This document shows, in pieces, positions 37,201 to 50,747 of a DNA stretch of 64,000 nucleotides. Source of the stretch: Chrysemys picta bellii (Eukaryota). The notes under the pieces were generated by a model that saw only the letters and a list, made by a program, of their open reading frames with translations, did no database searches and was not told the DNA's origin. Position 1 is the stretch's first letter, and every line of letters starts with the position of its first letter. The DNA lies in the NCBI RefSeq assembly GCF_011386835.1, contig NC_088806.1, forward strand, positions 26,474,001 to 26,538,000. The letters are read 5' to 3'. A program made the position numbers and the translations under genes.

Positions 37201-39259
37201 TAGAGTCAATAGATACTTCTGAAACTATAGGGAGCAATCTTGGCTCCATTGAAGTCAATAACAAAACTGCCATGGACTTCAGTGGGGCCAGAATTTCACC
37301 TATATCTTTTAGATCTAAAGAAATCAAGCAAATAAGATTCAGGCACAAGAGATGGAAGCAGACAGGGCTAGTGAGGAGCTCTGACAATAGGTAAGCAGTA
37401 GAAAGCTGACACTACTGCTTAGTATGCAAAAACGTATTTCTTTTACTGTGACCTAATACCCACCTCCCAAGCTTTATTGGGTCCTTGTTATCTCTTGACA
37501 CGAACCTTGATTGTGAGCTCTCTGGGGCAGGTGCTGGCTTTTACTACATACTTTCCTGCTAAACTCTGTTTTTTTCTACCGTGTCCTCCCACCCTTCTCC
37601 ACTCTGTTGGTCTCTTCTGTTACATCCTGTCTGACTCCTAGCCTATGAACTCTCTGGGGCAGGGCTGTCTGCTTTGTCACATGGCTGCACAGTGCCTGGC
37701 ACAATGGTGCTCTGATCCCTGACTGCAACCTCTGAGCCCTAGTGTGATATAAACAACAGAGGCTTACACAGAAGAAGTGAGTTTGAAGGAGGAAAGAAAG
37801 GCAGTATATCCTTAGTAAAAGCTCCAAGCATAAGAAGCCTGTGGATGTGGAGGAAGGGTGTGGTTGAAATAAGAATCTTCCATGGGGTGGAGGAGGAAGA
37901 GATCAGTCAGAAATTACAAATTCAACGGAGAGGTCATATATCAGACTTTTCCATTTGTGAACTTGGCTCTGTGTTTTTATCACCACTCCTCTCTGGTCAG
38001 ACTTCTGTCTTTTTGCATTATATGGCCAGACACACACTCCAGGTGATGTAGATTCAATACGTCAGGAAGGGAGTTGCAATTTTCTGTTATTTCAGCTTCC
38101 CATGAAGCTTTTTTCTTTCTCTTGACATGCCTGACAGGAGCAGCCTTTGCCAGCAGCTGCTCTCCCCCCACCCAAACAAATGATGGATGGAAAAATAAAA
38201 GCCCTCCTCCAATAATGCTGCCAGTGGAGTTACAAAGAGGAATGGATTTGGACTGGCAGACCCTTGAGCCGTCAACAGACTCCAGAAGAAATGAACTATT
38301 TGATTATGAAGAATGTACTGGCACTATTTCACATAGGTAAATTTAGTGTCTACTTATGCAGGACATAGTAAATTGAGCAACAACCTGATGTTCTTGCAAA
38401 CAAAATACTACAGACCTTGTCCCTCTTACTGTACCTTTCCTCCTACATACGTCCATGTTGAGGCCAGTAATGTCACACAATAATGATTTCCCAACAGATA
38501 ATCAGGGCAAGTTTCTGAATCAAGGTATAAGCTACAACATTTGAAGAAGAAACAGTAAATAGAGTTAACACTGCCTCTTGGTTCAGGAAGAGCAGAAATG
38601 CAGAATTCATCACAGTGCATTGCTATCTGCAAGGAGTCTAATACTATCCACCTAGAGACAGCGACAACAATGAATTAGTAGAATGGAAGCTTCTTGCATG
38701 CTAATGGAGAACAAGCCAAGGTCATTTACTGGGGAGCTATGGAAAAAGCATCTAGCAGGAAGGACTGCATATGGATTCGTAAAGACACATGGATATGTGG
38801 TCCAGATTGTTATTGACTGAAAGGTGTTACCATCTTTGATACTCTTTGTGAAGCTAGTTGGTGATCTTAGTTCACTCCACCAGACCCAATGCAGTGTCCA
38901 CTGCAGTTCATAGAAATCTATGGGAGACTCTCCTTTATATTTTTTAACATCTAACCTTGATTGTGAGCTCCCAAGAGATTGTTGTTTTATTACTTGTTTG
39001 TACAGTGCCTAGCAAAATGATGCCCTGATCCTAGGCTAGGGGTACTGTGCTACAAGTAATATGGCATTTTCCTAAGCACAATTTCTCTAGCCAAGTCCCT
39101 TTTCCTCTCTGCTATATGGAGACCGCTGATCACTGCATGACTTATACGTTTTTCATTTTAAAATAACTTTTCCTCCATAAACACGTGAAATTCCGTTTTC
39201 ACCCATTCAATGTCTTTTTAATCAAGAGAAAGAACCTTTGAGAATGATCTGCACTGACC

Positions 39260-39298
39260 ATGCAAATTGCAGTGAAACAGACAGTGGAAGATTTGCAT
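39260..39298. promoter_or_regulatory. Inverted pair of perfect octamer motifs (ATGCAAAT 39260-39267; ATTTGCAT 39291-39298) in the POU2AF2 promoter region
   Basis: Read directly; about 200 bp upstream of the ATG. Confidence 0.7.
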
Positions 39299-39489
39299 TT
39301 AAACAAATCCCAAACAAGCTATTTCAGAGACATCATTAAATTGTGAAAAATACATTTCCGTCAGGCTCAAAGAGAACTTTATTAGCGGAGAATGAGCATT
39401 GACTTCATTCTCAACTGGAAAGCTCCTGACGGTTCATTTTCAGAAATCTTGCAGAGTCTGAAAGGGGGGAATTCACAGCAGCATTCAGA

Positions 39490-39499
39490 ATGGAAACTG
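39490..39499 (+). CDS. POU2AF2: POU2AF2 coding exon 1 (MET-D), 10 nt
   Basis: ATGGAAACTG|GTGAGT; phase 1 joins exon 2 to give METDYGKRVYQG, like orthologous ME..DYSKRVYQG; paired octamers lie upstream. Confidence 0.75.
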
Positions 39500-39864
39500 G
39501 TGAGTTTCATTGTCCAAACTTTCCAACATATAAAATGTATATCTCACCGATGGTTAATTGAAATATCAATGGTAGAAAACGGGAATGGGCACATTATGTG
39601 TTGTCTGAACTGAAGTAGAAAGGCAAAGAAAGGAATGTGCCTTTAAATCGCTATTTGGTATTTTCAATATTTCAGTATTTTAGCAATATTAACTAATATT
39701 TTCAGCCTTCTCTAAATACAATTTAGGATGCTTACTTAATTTATAATGCACTTTTTCAGAATTTACTGGAAAATTGTAATAAATTCTGGTTTTCTCCTGT
39801 CTGTGCTGCCAGTTATTTCAGGGTTTTAATATCTCAGTGTCAGATCTAGCACTGTGTCAGATCC

Positions 39865-39940
39865 GTTAGTCTTTAAGGTGCTACCAGACTCCTTGTTGTT
39901 TTTGTGGATACAGACTAACACGGCTACCCCCTGATACTTG
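39865..39940 (+). mobile_element. 5'-truncated copy (tail only) of a related subfamily of the same element
   Basis: gttagtctttaaggtg...gatacagactaacacggctac resembles 54174-54240; AGATCTAGCAC is duplicated at 39842 and 39941. Confidence 0.7.
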
Positions 39941-42900
39941 AGATCTAGCACACTGCCTCACTGAACTCAATGGGACGGATTATGTGAATCGAGGCTATCT
40001 AGGTGAGAAAAAGTTGCAGCACTGGGCCCTTATTTTGTAGCTGATAAATTAGATAGGCCCTGATCCTGCAATGATTTAAGCACTTGTGTAACATTACATA
40101 TGTGAGAAGACCAATTGACTTCAATAGGACTACTACTCATCTGAGTACAATTGAGCATGTGCATAAGTGTTTGCAGAGTCTTACTTTGTAAATAGAATCA
40201 CTAATTTAAAAGAAGCTTTCAGTATAACATTCATGTGCTTTGCTTCAGTGGTTCAGGGTTAGAGCAGAGTAAACGGGTTCACTTAAATAAGAATCGGTAT
40301 GAAAATTGGCTTAGTCCTTGAACTAAAGTTAATCCATCCCTGACTAGAATTCCTTTGATTTTTACATGAAATCAAATGAAATCAGCCCAGTCCCATCTGA
40401 GATATTGTCTATATTAAGACAATAGTAAAGACAAAATGTAAACATTTATATGTATATATGGGCATGGGATCCCACATATTTACCAGAGGAACTGACGATA
40501 GAAGTCAATCAGTTAATGAGATTCTAGAATATTTGACTATAGAGTCTGCAAGTAATAATTGTTATCTCTTTTTCAGGATGTGGAATTGGGATAATGTATT
40601 ATGGAAAGGGGTTCACAGCATATAACTTGGGTTCACATGGGTCCTTCTAAAGCAAATGTACTGTTGTATGAGAAACGCCATCTAAAAGTAGCCACACACT
40701 GATGACTCAGAGAAAGCAACCTAATACCTAGAGCCCTGCAAATCTGCGGATATTTGCTTTATAGCCACAGACCATGTTTGTGGATCAGATGTGGATACAA
40801 ATTTTGTGTTCGCACAGGGCTCTTCTAATACCTAGCTCTTATATAGTGCTTTTCATCAATAGCTCTCAAAGAGCTTCATAATAATAAAAAATAATAACTA
40901 GCTCTTCTATGCTATTTTTATCTGTAGATCTCAATGTGCTTTACAAAGAAGGTAAGCATCACTTTACAGATGGGGTAAAAGAGGCACAGAGCGGGGAAGT
41001 GACTTGCCCAAGGTCATCCAGCAGGCCAGTGGCTGAGCCAGGAATAGAACCCAAGTGTCCTGAGTCCAAATCCAATACTCTACACACTAGGAAACACTGC
41101 CTCTCCACAGTGGTACTGAATTATATTTACTTCACAATGGTGAGTCAGTGTCATTATCACCATTTGACAGATGGGGAAACCAAAATGCAGAAAGGTAAAG
41201 TAATTTCCTTAAGGTCACATGATTAGTCGGTGTCTGAGCCAGGAACAGAACCTACAGAATCCCAGAGCAGGACCCTCGCCATGGGGTTATGCTGCCTCCC
41301 ACTATATCACACAACACTCCCATTCAGCTGCCTCTACAGCACAGCTCATTTACCCCCCAGACTGAATCTTTCACACAATTTCTTTTGCATCAAAAGTTTG
41401 TAATGTGCATTCTTGACCTCTTACAGGTCAAGTTTCATCAGTACATAGAAAGACAGATCCATCACGGGCAGAGAGTGTGATCTAGTGACTAGTCTGGCAG
41501 TGACTCTGCCACTGACATGCTGTATGACCTTGGTCAAATCATTTCACCTCCCCGTGCCTCAGTTCCTCCCCCGCCCCCCGTAAACTGGGATTCATGATGC
41601 TTACCCATCTTTGCAAGCCACTTTGAGATCCTGAGATGATGTTAGTGAATAGGTGCAGAGTAGAAGTAGCATTATAATACATTTGAAAAAATCATTTGAC
41701 TGCAGATGTCAGGTCCTGCATCCAATTCTAGAACACTGATAATTGCTTTAAAGGTATTTGGAAATCTGTTTATAGAATTGCTTGGATTTAAGATCTGCTT
41801 CAATGCATACTTGCTCTAATGGCACAAGATTAGCCCATCGTTGCCATTTATGTATATGTTGCAGTTTGAGGATCAGGTTTTTTTGTCTTGTTAAACAAGT
41901 TTTAGGATACTGTCCAACCTAGCTTGGTGTACCTGGAGCCTGAGATTGACATCCTGTAGGGCCTGAGTCCCGTTTACACGGCTCTGATAGTGTACATGGT
42001 ACACTGCCAGAGAGATGTAAAGAGGACTTAGTGCAAATGAGAATCGGGTTCCAAGTCTTCTGGTGTATTTTGGCCTCATTTATTTAACACCCTCGATGCA
42101 ATATTATGTGTGTTTTAAAGAATGACAGAAATTAGACATGGAAAAGACTGAACAGTAGAGCTGGTTAGAAAATTGGGGGAGAAGGGGAGGTAGGGATCCT
42201 GCAGAAAGTTTAATTTTTTTGTCAAAGAAAAAAAAAGAAAACAAGAATTTTTGGCCAAGAACCATTCAATTTTGGAGTTTTTTGTTTTCTGATGAAAAAT
42301 CAAAAATATTCAAGGAAAGACGACATTTGTCACAAAAAAAGATATGTCTATACTCTGCTATCTGGGCACTTCTATTAGAATTATTTTATTAATAAAAAAT
42401 TGTTCATTTAACATTTAGAGGCATATTTATAGAGGTGGAAAACTCTAAGTGCAAGTACTGTTATGTATATATTGTCCACTTTTGCTGTATTGCCTTGGCA
42501 TATGATCTGTCGTGTGGATGCATCATATGCATTAGCGGTTTTATTTTAAAGTTAGACAACTCAAAAGTTTAAAATTAAATATTTAAACTTCCTAAAAATA
42601 CCCCTAAGCAATCAATTTTAGATGTATACACACAGACATGCATGTAAAATTTTGCTTGTTTGTTTGTTTTTTTTAGCAAACTTTGTTTTCATAGCTTCTT
42701 GATTAGAAGCCCAAACATATTTTTATTAGAACTAAGACACTTTAGAAATTATTTGCAAACAAAATAATGATGCCCAGGCTCAGAATTTGCGCTTCAGACC
42801 AATGCAGCAGAAAAATATCCTTAATAATAGGGGTTTATAGCAGAAATAACAAAAGCCTATTCACTAGGGTCCTGAATCAATGCCTAGTGGAGTCCATGGA

Positions 42901-45065
42901 AAGACTCAATATGTGGAGGAGTCAGACTCAGTCAGTGGGAAGAGGGGGACTCAGAAGATGTGAGTGCTATTCCCAGTTCTGACCTGCTATGTGACCTTTT
43001 GCACATCACTTCACCTCTCTGCTTCCCCTCCCCCCTTTTGTCTATTTACACTGTAAACTCTTCAGGGCAGGGCTGGACTCTTATTCTTTGTTTGTACAGC
43101 ACCTAGCACAGTGCAGCCCCGATCTTGGCCGGGGCCACAGACATTACTAGAATAAAAATAAATAATCACAATAATACAAGCAATGCCCTGTCAAAGAGAA
43201 TTTTAGACACTCTGTGACCCATGGCCAACATAAAGACCCGACACCACAAAAGCCTCAAATTTCACCCTATGTAAGTTTCTAGGAGTTTAAATACACCTGT
43301 GAATAACAATACTGTAGGTATTAAAATGATAAAGTGAGTCAGAAAAGCATAGATGTAGCAAGGTAAATCAGAATTTTAAAGAGATCAGATACTTCCCCTC
43401 TGGTACGTTTGTGTTTGCTTTCTGTCCGGAAACACAGATCTTTTTGTTTTCCAAAGGATTAATTCAAACATCAACTTCCCATTTGTAACATTTGAATAAA
43501 AGCCTTTTTTTTAAACTCCTCACTGCTTTCCACAGGTGTGAGCTCTTTACATGGACAGACTCCAATGGAGAGGATAAAAGAGTCACCTTCATTATTGTAC
43601 CCAGCTACATCACTAGGCTCATTTAGTCAAAACACCCAAACAAATGGAAAGTTTTGCAGAGATGTACTCAGGGAAAAACAAACAGATATGCCTCTCCAAA
43701 ACTCACATAGAGTCAAATTCCCTCCTGTGCAGGCTTCACTGGGACTTAAGTGTTGCCTAGTGGATAAATCACTGCTCTGGGACTCAGGAGTCCTGGGTTC
43801 TAGTCTCAGCTCTGGCACTGGCCTTCTGAGCAACCCTGGGCAAGTCATTTTGCTTATCCGTGCCTCAGTTTCCCCATCTGTAAAATGGAGCTAATGTAGT
43901 TCCCTGCTTTGTAAAGCTTTCTGAGATCTACTGCTGAAAAGTACTATTTAAGAGCGAGGTATTATTAATTAATTATTATTATTATTATTAAGTGGTTCAT
44001 AGGCCTTGCATTGGCTCTCTGCACAAGGGCGAATTTCATCCTTAAAGAACAGCTTTACCCAACTTAACCCAAAGTCTCTGACTATCTTACCACTTCCTCC
44101 TGCTTTCAGTTCCTTTGAAGAACAGACTAATTTTTACCAAGTCGACTTGCTGTTTCGTCTTGATCTGTTCAAGGGAAATGTTTGGTTCAGATTAAAACAA
44201 GTAATTAAGTACAAAGGTCTTGCTTGAAATTATTTGCTTTTCTAACCAATCCGATACGCTGGGCCAGATTACAACCTGCCAATCCAAAGAATAACATAAT
44301 ATAAAAGGCTAAGTTCTCTGTGGCTGCAAATTGGTGTTGCTCCCTTGACTTTAATGAAGTTGCATGGATTTACACGCATGGGAAATCTGGCCCATAATTT
44401 ATTTCTTTTAGGTTTATAGAACAATAAAAAACGCCCATACATAAACCTCTGGGTGCCCCAAACACTTCAACTTAAATGTTCAAATGGTGACTGCCCAAAT
44501 ATGAATGAACTCAGCTAGCTGATAAATCAAAGCAGCAAAAATGCCCCGTTAGCCGCACCCCCAGAGACACACCCTCAGCCTCCCCACAAAACCCTGTCAA
44601 ATAAATGCCTTTTGCAACAAGCCCAGAAGGTCACCAAGTTTTGGACCAATGAGGGTGAGGAACAAGTTCCAGAGTCCTGGGACCCTCACAAACCCCGCCA
44701 CTCCCGCCAATCATACTACTTAGCGCTCATCTAGCACGTTTGATCTTTCTCTTGCAAAGCACTTTACAAAGAAAGGTCATTTTCATCATCCCCATTTTAT
44801 AAATAGGGAAACTGATGCACATGGAGGGAAATGAATTGCCCATGGTCATCCAGCAGTGCAGTAGCAGAGCTCAAATTGAATACAGGTCACCCAAGTCCCA
44901 GTCCAGTACCCTATCAACTATAATATACCTGAGGCCTCTCTCAGGTATACAGAACTCACACGCAGTGTTGGTCTGTTTTTTTTTTAAACGAACTAATAAT
45001 AGAATCTTAAATATATACCAAACAAACCACCCTTTTCATTATGCAAGGCAGCATACTGCACAGCA

Positions 45066-45165
45066 TAGACTTCTACCACTTGAGCCAAAGGAGTAACACT
45101 GTTAACTGGTAGCAGTAGTAGGCTGTTATCCGCTAGTGGACCAGCCACTAGAGAGGGATACAGTA
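45066..45165 (-). repeat. Old interspersed repeat with tRNA-like A box; paralogous to 58587-58685
   Basis: The two copies align by eye (ctggtagcag.agt.gg.tgttatcc.ctag..gaccagccactagag.ggg); the reverse strand has tggctcaagtggtaga. Confidence 0.6.
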
Positions 45166-46746
45166 CCCACTCTGCCAATGGGGGTTACACTTTTTAGATA
45201 TTAGTTACTATTAATTGATGTTATCAAGATCTTTAAATTATCTGGATTTTGTTGAATGTAAATGACAATTATTCATTGTAAAAAGATGGTAAAAATTTAG
45301 TTAAAACACTGGTGAGTGTTAGCAAAAAATAAGGTTATTACCTCTTTAATATATCTGCCTACTTTTTTTTTTTTTGGTCTCATTGTTCTGTAATTCCATT
45401 GTGATTTGGGCTAGTGATTTCAAACGTATTTTAATCTGTTTTGGTGGGTAGGGTCTGAAATCGAGGCAGAATTAGTATGATTGAGGCATCTCTTGAGATT
45501 ACCACATGATTTATAATTTAAAAAGCCAACCTTAAACCCTTTTACAGACATGTAACATTTTGTGAGTGGTATTAACAAAGATGCATCAAAAAATTACATG
45601 AGGATATGGCAAAAACGCAGCTTGTTGCCCCTAGAAAACCCCACATCCTCTATATACGAAGGCCGCAAAAATGACAGATGGAAATTAATGAGCTCTCCAT
45701 ATGTAGCAGCGGCAGAACGAAGCCCACGCCGACTCCTCTGATGGCAGATTCTCTCTGACATTGAAGGACAAGGCTAAGACTAGCAGTCTGAGCACAAGAC
45801 TAGGAGACAGGAACTCCTTAACCTCTCAAACAGCCCATCCCTAGGGAACAACTCTTTGTTTTAATGGAATTTGTTCTGCCTAAATGAGACTTAGAATTAC
45901 TAATTATTTTACCTTTGCATTGGGATGGTGCTTTTCAGATGCTTTCTGCACAAGCAGTCAATGGCAGTGCTTGAACGAGAACCCATGCCTCCTGACTTAG
46001 CTCCCTGTCTGCTAGATCGTGCTGCCTACTGAAACAGAGAGTGGGCTTGAGAAACTAGTTCCTCATTATCTAGAGTTCAGCACAATTTAATCAAAAGCAT
46101 TGTAATGAGAATGTATTTTAGCTGGGCCATTTGGTTTTAGAGTTTTTTGTCTGTGTTGCGCTGACAGTAATATTGCCTTGGAGTATGAATGTACAGTATG
46201 TGCCACATATCAACACCCAGGTTTCCAAAGCACCTTATTACCAATTTTCAAAGTCGAATGGGAGTTTCACCAGACAGTTCCTACTGAGATGAATGGAAGC
46301 CATATGGCTAACTCCCCTTAGTTAACTTTGAAAATCTCAACCACCGATTGTAAGACCAGAAGGGCTCACTTATGATCCCCTAGTCATTGCTTGCGTAACA
46401 CAGGCTAGCGAATTTCACCCACTGATTCCCGCAGCAGAGAGAATTCATCTTCCCCACTGCACAGTGGCCATTATCACGCCCAGTAACTTCTTAATGAACA
46501 AGACCATAAGGCAGGGACTGTCTTTTTGTTCTGTGTTTGTACAGTCCCTAGCACAATGGAGTCCTGATCCACAAGTGGGATTCCTAAGCAGTATTGCAAT
46601 ACAAATAATAATCTTCTGGCATACATCCCATCTTGATTTAAAGACACTTGACAATTTGACTATCCGTACCTTGGTAAGCGATTCCATTTATTCTACTTCC
46701 TGGCTGAATTCTACTCACACATCCTCTCTTTGTTTAGTTCCTACAG

Positions 46747-46847
46747 ACTACGGCAAACGAGTTTACCAAGGAGTGAGAGTAAAACACACAGTCAAAGATC
46801 TCCTTGCCGAAAAACGCTCGAGACAGACCAGCGGCTCCCGATTCAGC
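46747..46847 (+). CDS. POU2AF2: POU2AF2 coding exon 2 with the OCA motif (DYGKRVYQGVRVKHTVKDLLAEKRSRQTSGSRFS)
   Basis: YQGVRVKHTVKDLLAEKR is the OCA-T1 POU-binding motif; acceptor gttcctacag, donor C|GTAAGT; phase 1 to 0. Confidence 0.96.
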
Positions 46848-47227
46848 GTAAGTTGTGTTTTAAACAGAAATGTCATTGTACAGAATCCTCTTGCTTTAAG
46901 AGGATTTGCACTGAGCACAATATACCTGCAACACCGAAGACTTCACAAAGTTTTGTCCTTAGGCAGCCTTCTTGGTATAGGAGTTTAAAACAAAGGGTTA
47001 AGAGCCAGGAGGATCTTTCAGGAGTCTAACGTAAGATGAGCTACTGTGGGATGTCAGAAACCACCATCGTCAGGGCAAAAAGCAGGAATATTTGTGCAGT
47101 TAGGGTCGGATCCAAAGATCACTGCATCTCTAATTAATTTTTCATGTCAATGAAACCCTAAGAGATTTAAATCCCAGGAGGCACAAATCTCACCCACTTT
47201 AACTAAACTGAGAACACTAAATTTCCA

Positions 47228-47600
47228 GTGCCTTTCACAAACTTATGTTATGGCCTTCAACGACAGATTAATGTACCAGCGTCTATGTCTGACCAAATTG
47301 ACTCGGTAAAAATGAATGTCCTACCCCAACTGTTATACTCCCTACAAGTCGAGTGTGTGTGTGTGTGTGTGTGTTTTCTATTCCTGGAAAGAGAGAGAGA
47401 GAGAATCAGCTTGCTGGGGATCCAAAGGCGGAAAACAAAAACGGGGCATTAACTTTCTCAATGGAAATTCTGGCAGCTGTAATGCAATAGGCTTGGAAAC
47501 TGCTGAATTTTACAGAAACTGAGAATAGCCTCACATGACAAAGCGCTGAAGCGACCTATTACCCTTCCTAACCTGATTTATGGCAAAGACACTTGGTTCC
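47228..47600 (+). mobile_element. Degraded L1/Tx1-like ORF2 fragment interrupted by a GT/GA microsatellite
   Basis: IDSVKMNVLPQLLYSLQ resembles the post-RT motif INxVKMNVLPxxLYxFQ; downstream TLPNLIY resembles GGLxLPxxxxYY. Confidence 0.5.
47353..47404. repeat. Compound (GT)n...(GA)n microsatellite
   Basis: Read directly. Confidence 0.9.
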
Positions 47601-50600
47601 CTCAGGAAGTCAGGGAACATCCTATGCTAGGGACCACTCTGTTCTGTTCTATGCTATGCTATATACGTTTTTATACCGTGCTTATCTGAGCACCTTCCAG
47701 CTGTGCATTGAGCAACTTGATTACACACCTGTCAGGTGTGGTTTGTTCTCTCATCCTCTCCCAAGAGGGAAAAGCATGCGGAAAAGTGTTTTGTTTTGGT
47801 TGGTTGTTGTTATTACATATCCCTTTTGCTATTTGTTTATATACTAGAGAAGGTAAGGTCAAAGAAATGCACCTTGCATTTGGACTGGAAAGTGGCGCGG
47901 TTTGTGATAGTCTTTAGTTTCTGGGGGCAGTCGTCAGGCTTGGACCACCTCCGGAGAAGGTTTTGTCTCCCGCACTCTGCAAATACGGAAAAAGGTAGCC
48001 TAATAGCTTGGTACAGTGCCAGAATTATCACTGACTTCCTGGATATGCAGCCGTCATCTCCCAGGATGAGATGCTAATGGTGAAGATAAGGTGGCAAAGA
48101 ACTGCTGACCACTGGAGATATTGAACAGCTCCGAATTTAAATTTAATCTCCCCTTTTGGAATTTCTGTATCTACGTCCAAGTTAGACATGTCATACGTAT
48201 GCACTAAAAGTTTTCCAAAATTGATTACCAGCTTGAGATGCCTTAAAAGGGCTTGATTTTTCAGAAGGTAGTTGCTCAGCATTTTCTGAAAATCAGACCC
48301 TTTTAAGGTGTCCCACATTGGGCACCCAAAAACAGAAGCTCACTGATCACTTCTGATAATCTTGGCTATACTTACTAAAGGAGAAACGCCACAAATCAGG
48401 GAAGAACTAATTAGAAGAAACAGCAGACTGTCTTAACCCAACTAAACTCCTGTCTCTTCTGAATAACTTCTTAGTGGAGATTCAGTCACTAGTGTCTACC
48501 TCATATTCTATACCCTGGACTTAACCCTCAAGAAGAATTTGAAGAGCTCATCTGTGGCAGAAAGCACTTGAATACCCCTTTGAAGGTACTGAGTTCAGTG
48601 GCTCTTGGCCAATTTGCCACAGCTAAGCATCTGACCCTAAGTAATCTGTAACACAAGCAAATGCAGCACCTCTTGCTGCAAAGACTTTTCCATTTTTCTT
48701 CCATTTTAAACAAAATGAATTCAGAGCTACACTTAAGATGCTCCAAATGTGATTATCAATCACTGTCACTCATGCATTATTTATGGGCTGCTATTATACA
48801 TGCTGATTATACATGGGCATGGATCCATTATTTCATGCACTGCAAGTCAGCAGTAGACTCAGGGGCAGATTCTCCATTCAGACACAATGTGTTTGTGCCA
48901 GTTTAACTCCACTGACTTCAGCAGTTACACGGACATAAAACCGGCATCAGACCCTTAGTGTTTAACCCTTTAGAATACCCTCTGGGAACCATCCCATGCA
49001 ACCAAGTCTCTGGCACTAATTTAAGCTAATCTAACACAATGTCAGGCTACATTTTGCCGTTCTTAATTCTATCCAATTACTCTTAGTTATAACCCTGTTC
49101 AGAACCCCAAATAATTGCCTTGGAGTTTAGAGTCTTGGAATAGTTGGACTTTATATTCTTCAGGTAGCTCCTGCCCTCCCAGAGATACACACTTAGGCTG
49201 AGATTTTGAAAAATGATTAATTCCCATTGGGTGAAGTCCTGGCCCCACAGAACTCAATGGCAGTTTTGCCATTGCCTTCCGTGGATCCAGGATTTCATCC
49301 AAAGTGCCCAAAGCTCCTTGAGTGACTTTGCAAATCTTAGCCTAGCTAGTCTCTTAGCCACACAAATTTATCTCACTTTCATGTTTCACCATAAGTCACA
49401 TCATCCAGCCTCCGATAAATTTGGTTTCTCTTTTCTGAACTACCAGAAAGACACCGACCACTTGGAGATGACACAGTCTCCAGAACAGGACACAGTATTC
49501 CAGCTGCAATCACATCTGATATGATGACTGTGTTGGTAAACTGTTCCCTGGAGGCATTTGCTATTTGTTATTACGGTTATGTGATTGGTCACCTTAGTCA
49601 AGTGGCATTATTTCTCATCTCTGACTGGCTGGGTATAATTGTGACAGATGAGGATGGTACTGTATTATCAAATCACTGAGCCTTTGATTTTCTCAGCGTA
49701 CGGAGGAAGCAGTTTGTGGAATTAGGAGCAGAATGAGGGACATTTTAGAGCATTTGAAACTTTTTTCCTTTCCAGGCCATTTGAGTCAGGTTTTCATGGT
49801 TAGCAAAATTAGGCAGAAAACAGATTTTAAATTAATTTTCTCTCCGTCACATTTACATCCATTAGCTGCATGTGGCAAAAAACAAAAGTCAAACAACCAA
49901 ACAAAAATTCAGCTCATAAATTACTTAAAATCAGAATTTGCCAGACAGAACATACCAGCTTATAAGACTTGACATAAAGACCCACAATGTGTGAGAGCAA
50001 ACACACCTTGGTGCATGCCTGACTTGCATAAGTGCACTGGGCACATGCACTTTTGTGTATGCCTAACTCATGCAATGGCTTTTGTGCAGGCACGAACGCT
50101 TTGAAAAACTAACTGAAACTTCAGTCAATGATTCAAGACCGTCATGCTTTAGCCACTCTTCACTCTGGAATATAAAGATGCCCCCTACTCAGTACTTAGA
50201 TGTTATGGCGGTGGGTATTCTAGGAAGCCCTACGCTAGATAGATAGGCCAGTATTGTAAATGTTTCCTTACGCCTTATTTGCCATGTTTGTTTTGTATTA
50301 TCTGCAAAAGCAGAACAGTTTTTGTATATGTAGATAATACAAAATTACTCTCTAGCTAGTTCCTTACAATAAAAGTTATGGAGGTGGGCAAACTTCCGTA
50401 TTTGCTGGGACAATTCTCTGATTTGTTTGGAAAAGAATTGCTGTGAGAAGAGATAAATAGATAACATAATATAATATTATGGAGTCTGAGTGAACAGCAG
50501 GTGAGTGAGCACGATAATGTATATTTATGATGCAGTGTAATTACATTGCACCCTTTGCATGAATCTGATCTTTGCTCAGAAGTCAGTAAACCCTTCCTTA

Positions 50601-50747
50601 GCCAACGAAAGCTCATGGTCACAGATGTGCTCTCCCAGGCTGGCCTGATCATTGTCAGAAAGGTTGGCGAATGGTCTGTTGAGTGACATTAAAACTGTCA
50701 CCATTCTGCAATAGTAGGTCTTTTATTCTCCAAATGATATAAAATAA

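Noticed and set aside
46464-46988. 174-aa ORF containing the OCA motif read as a single-exon gene
   Set aside because: Only 46747-46847 is bounded by splice sites; the upstream part is a SINE tail and the rest is intron.
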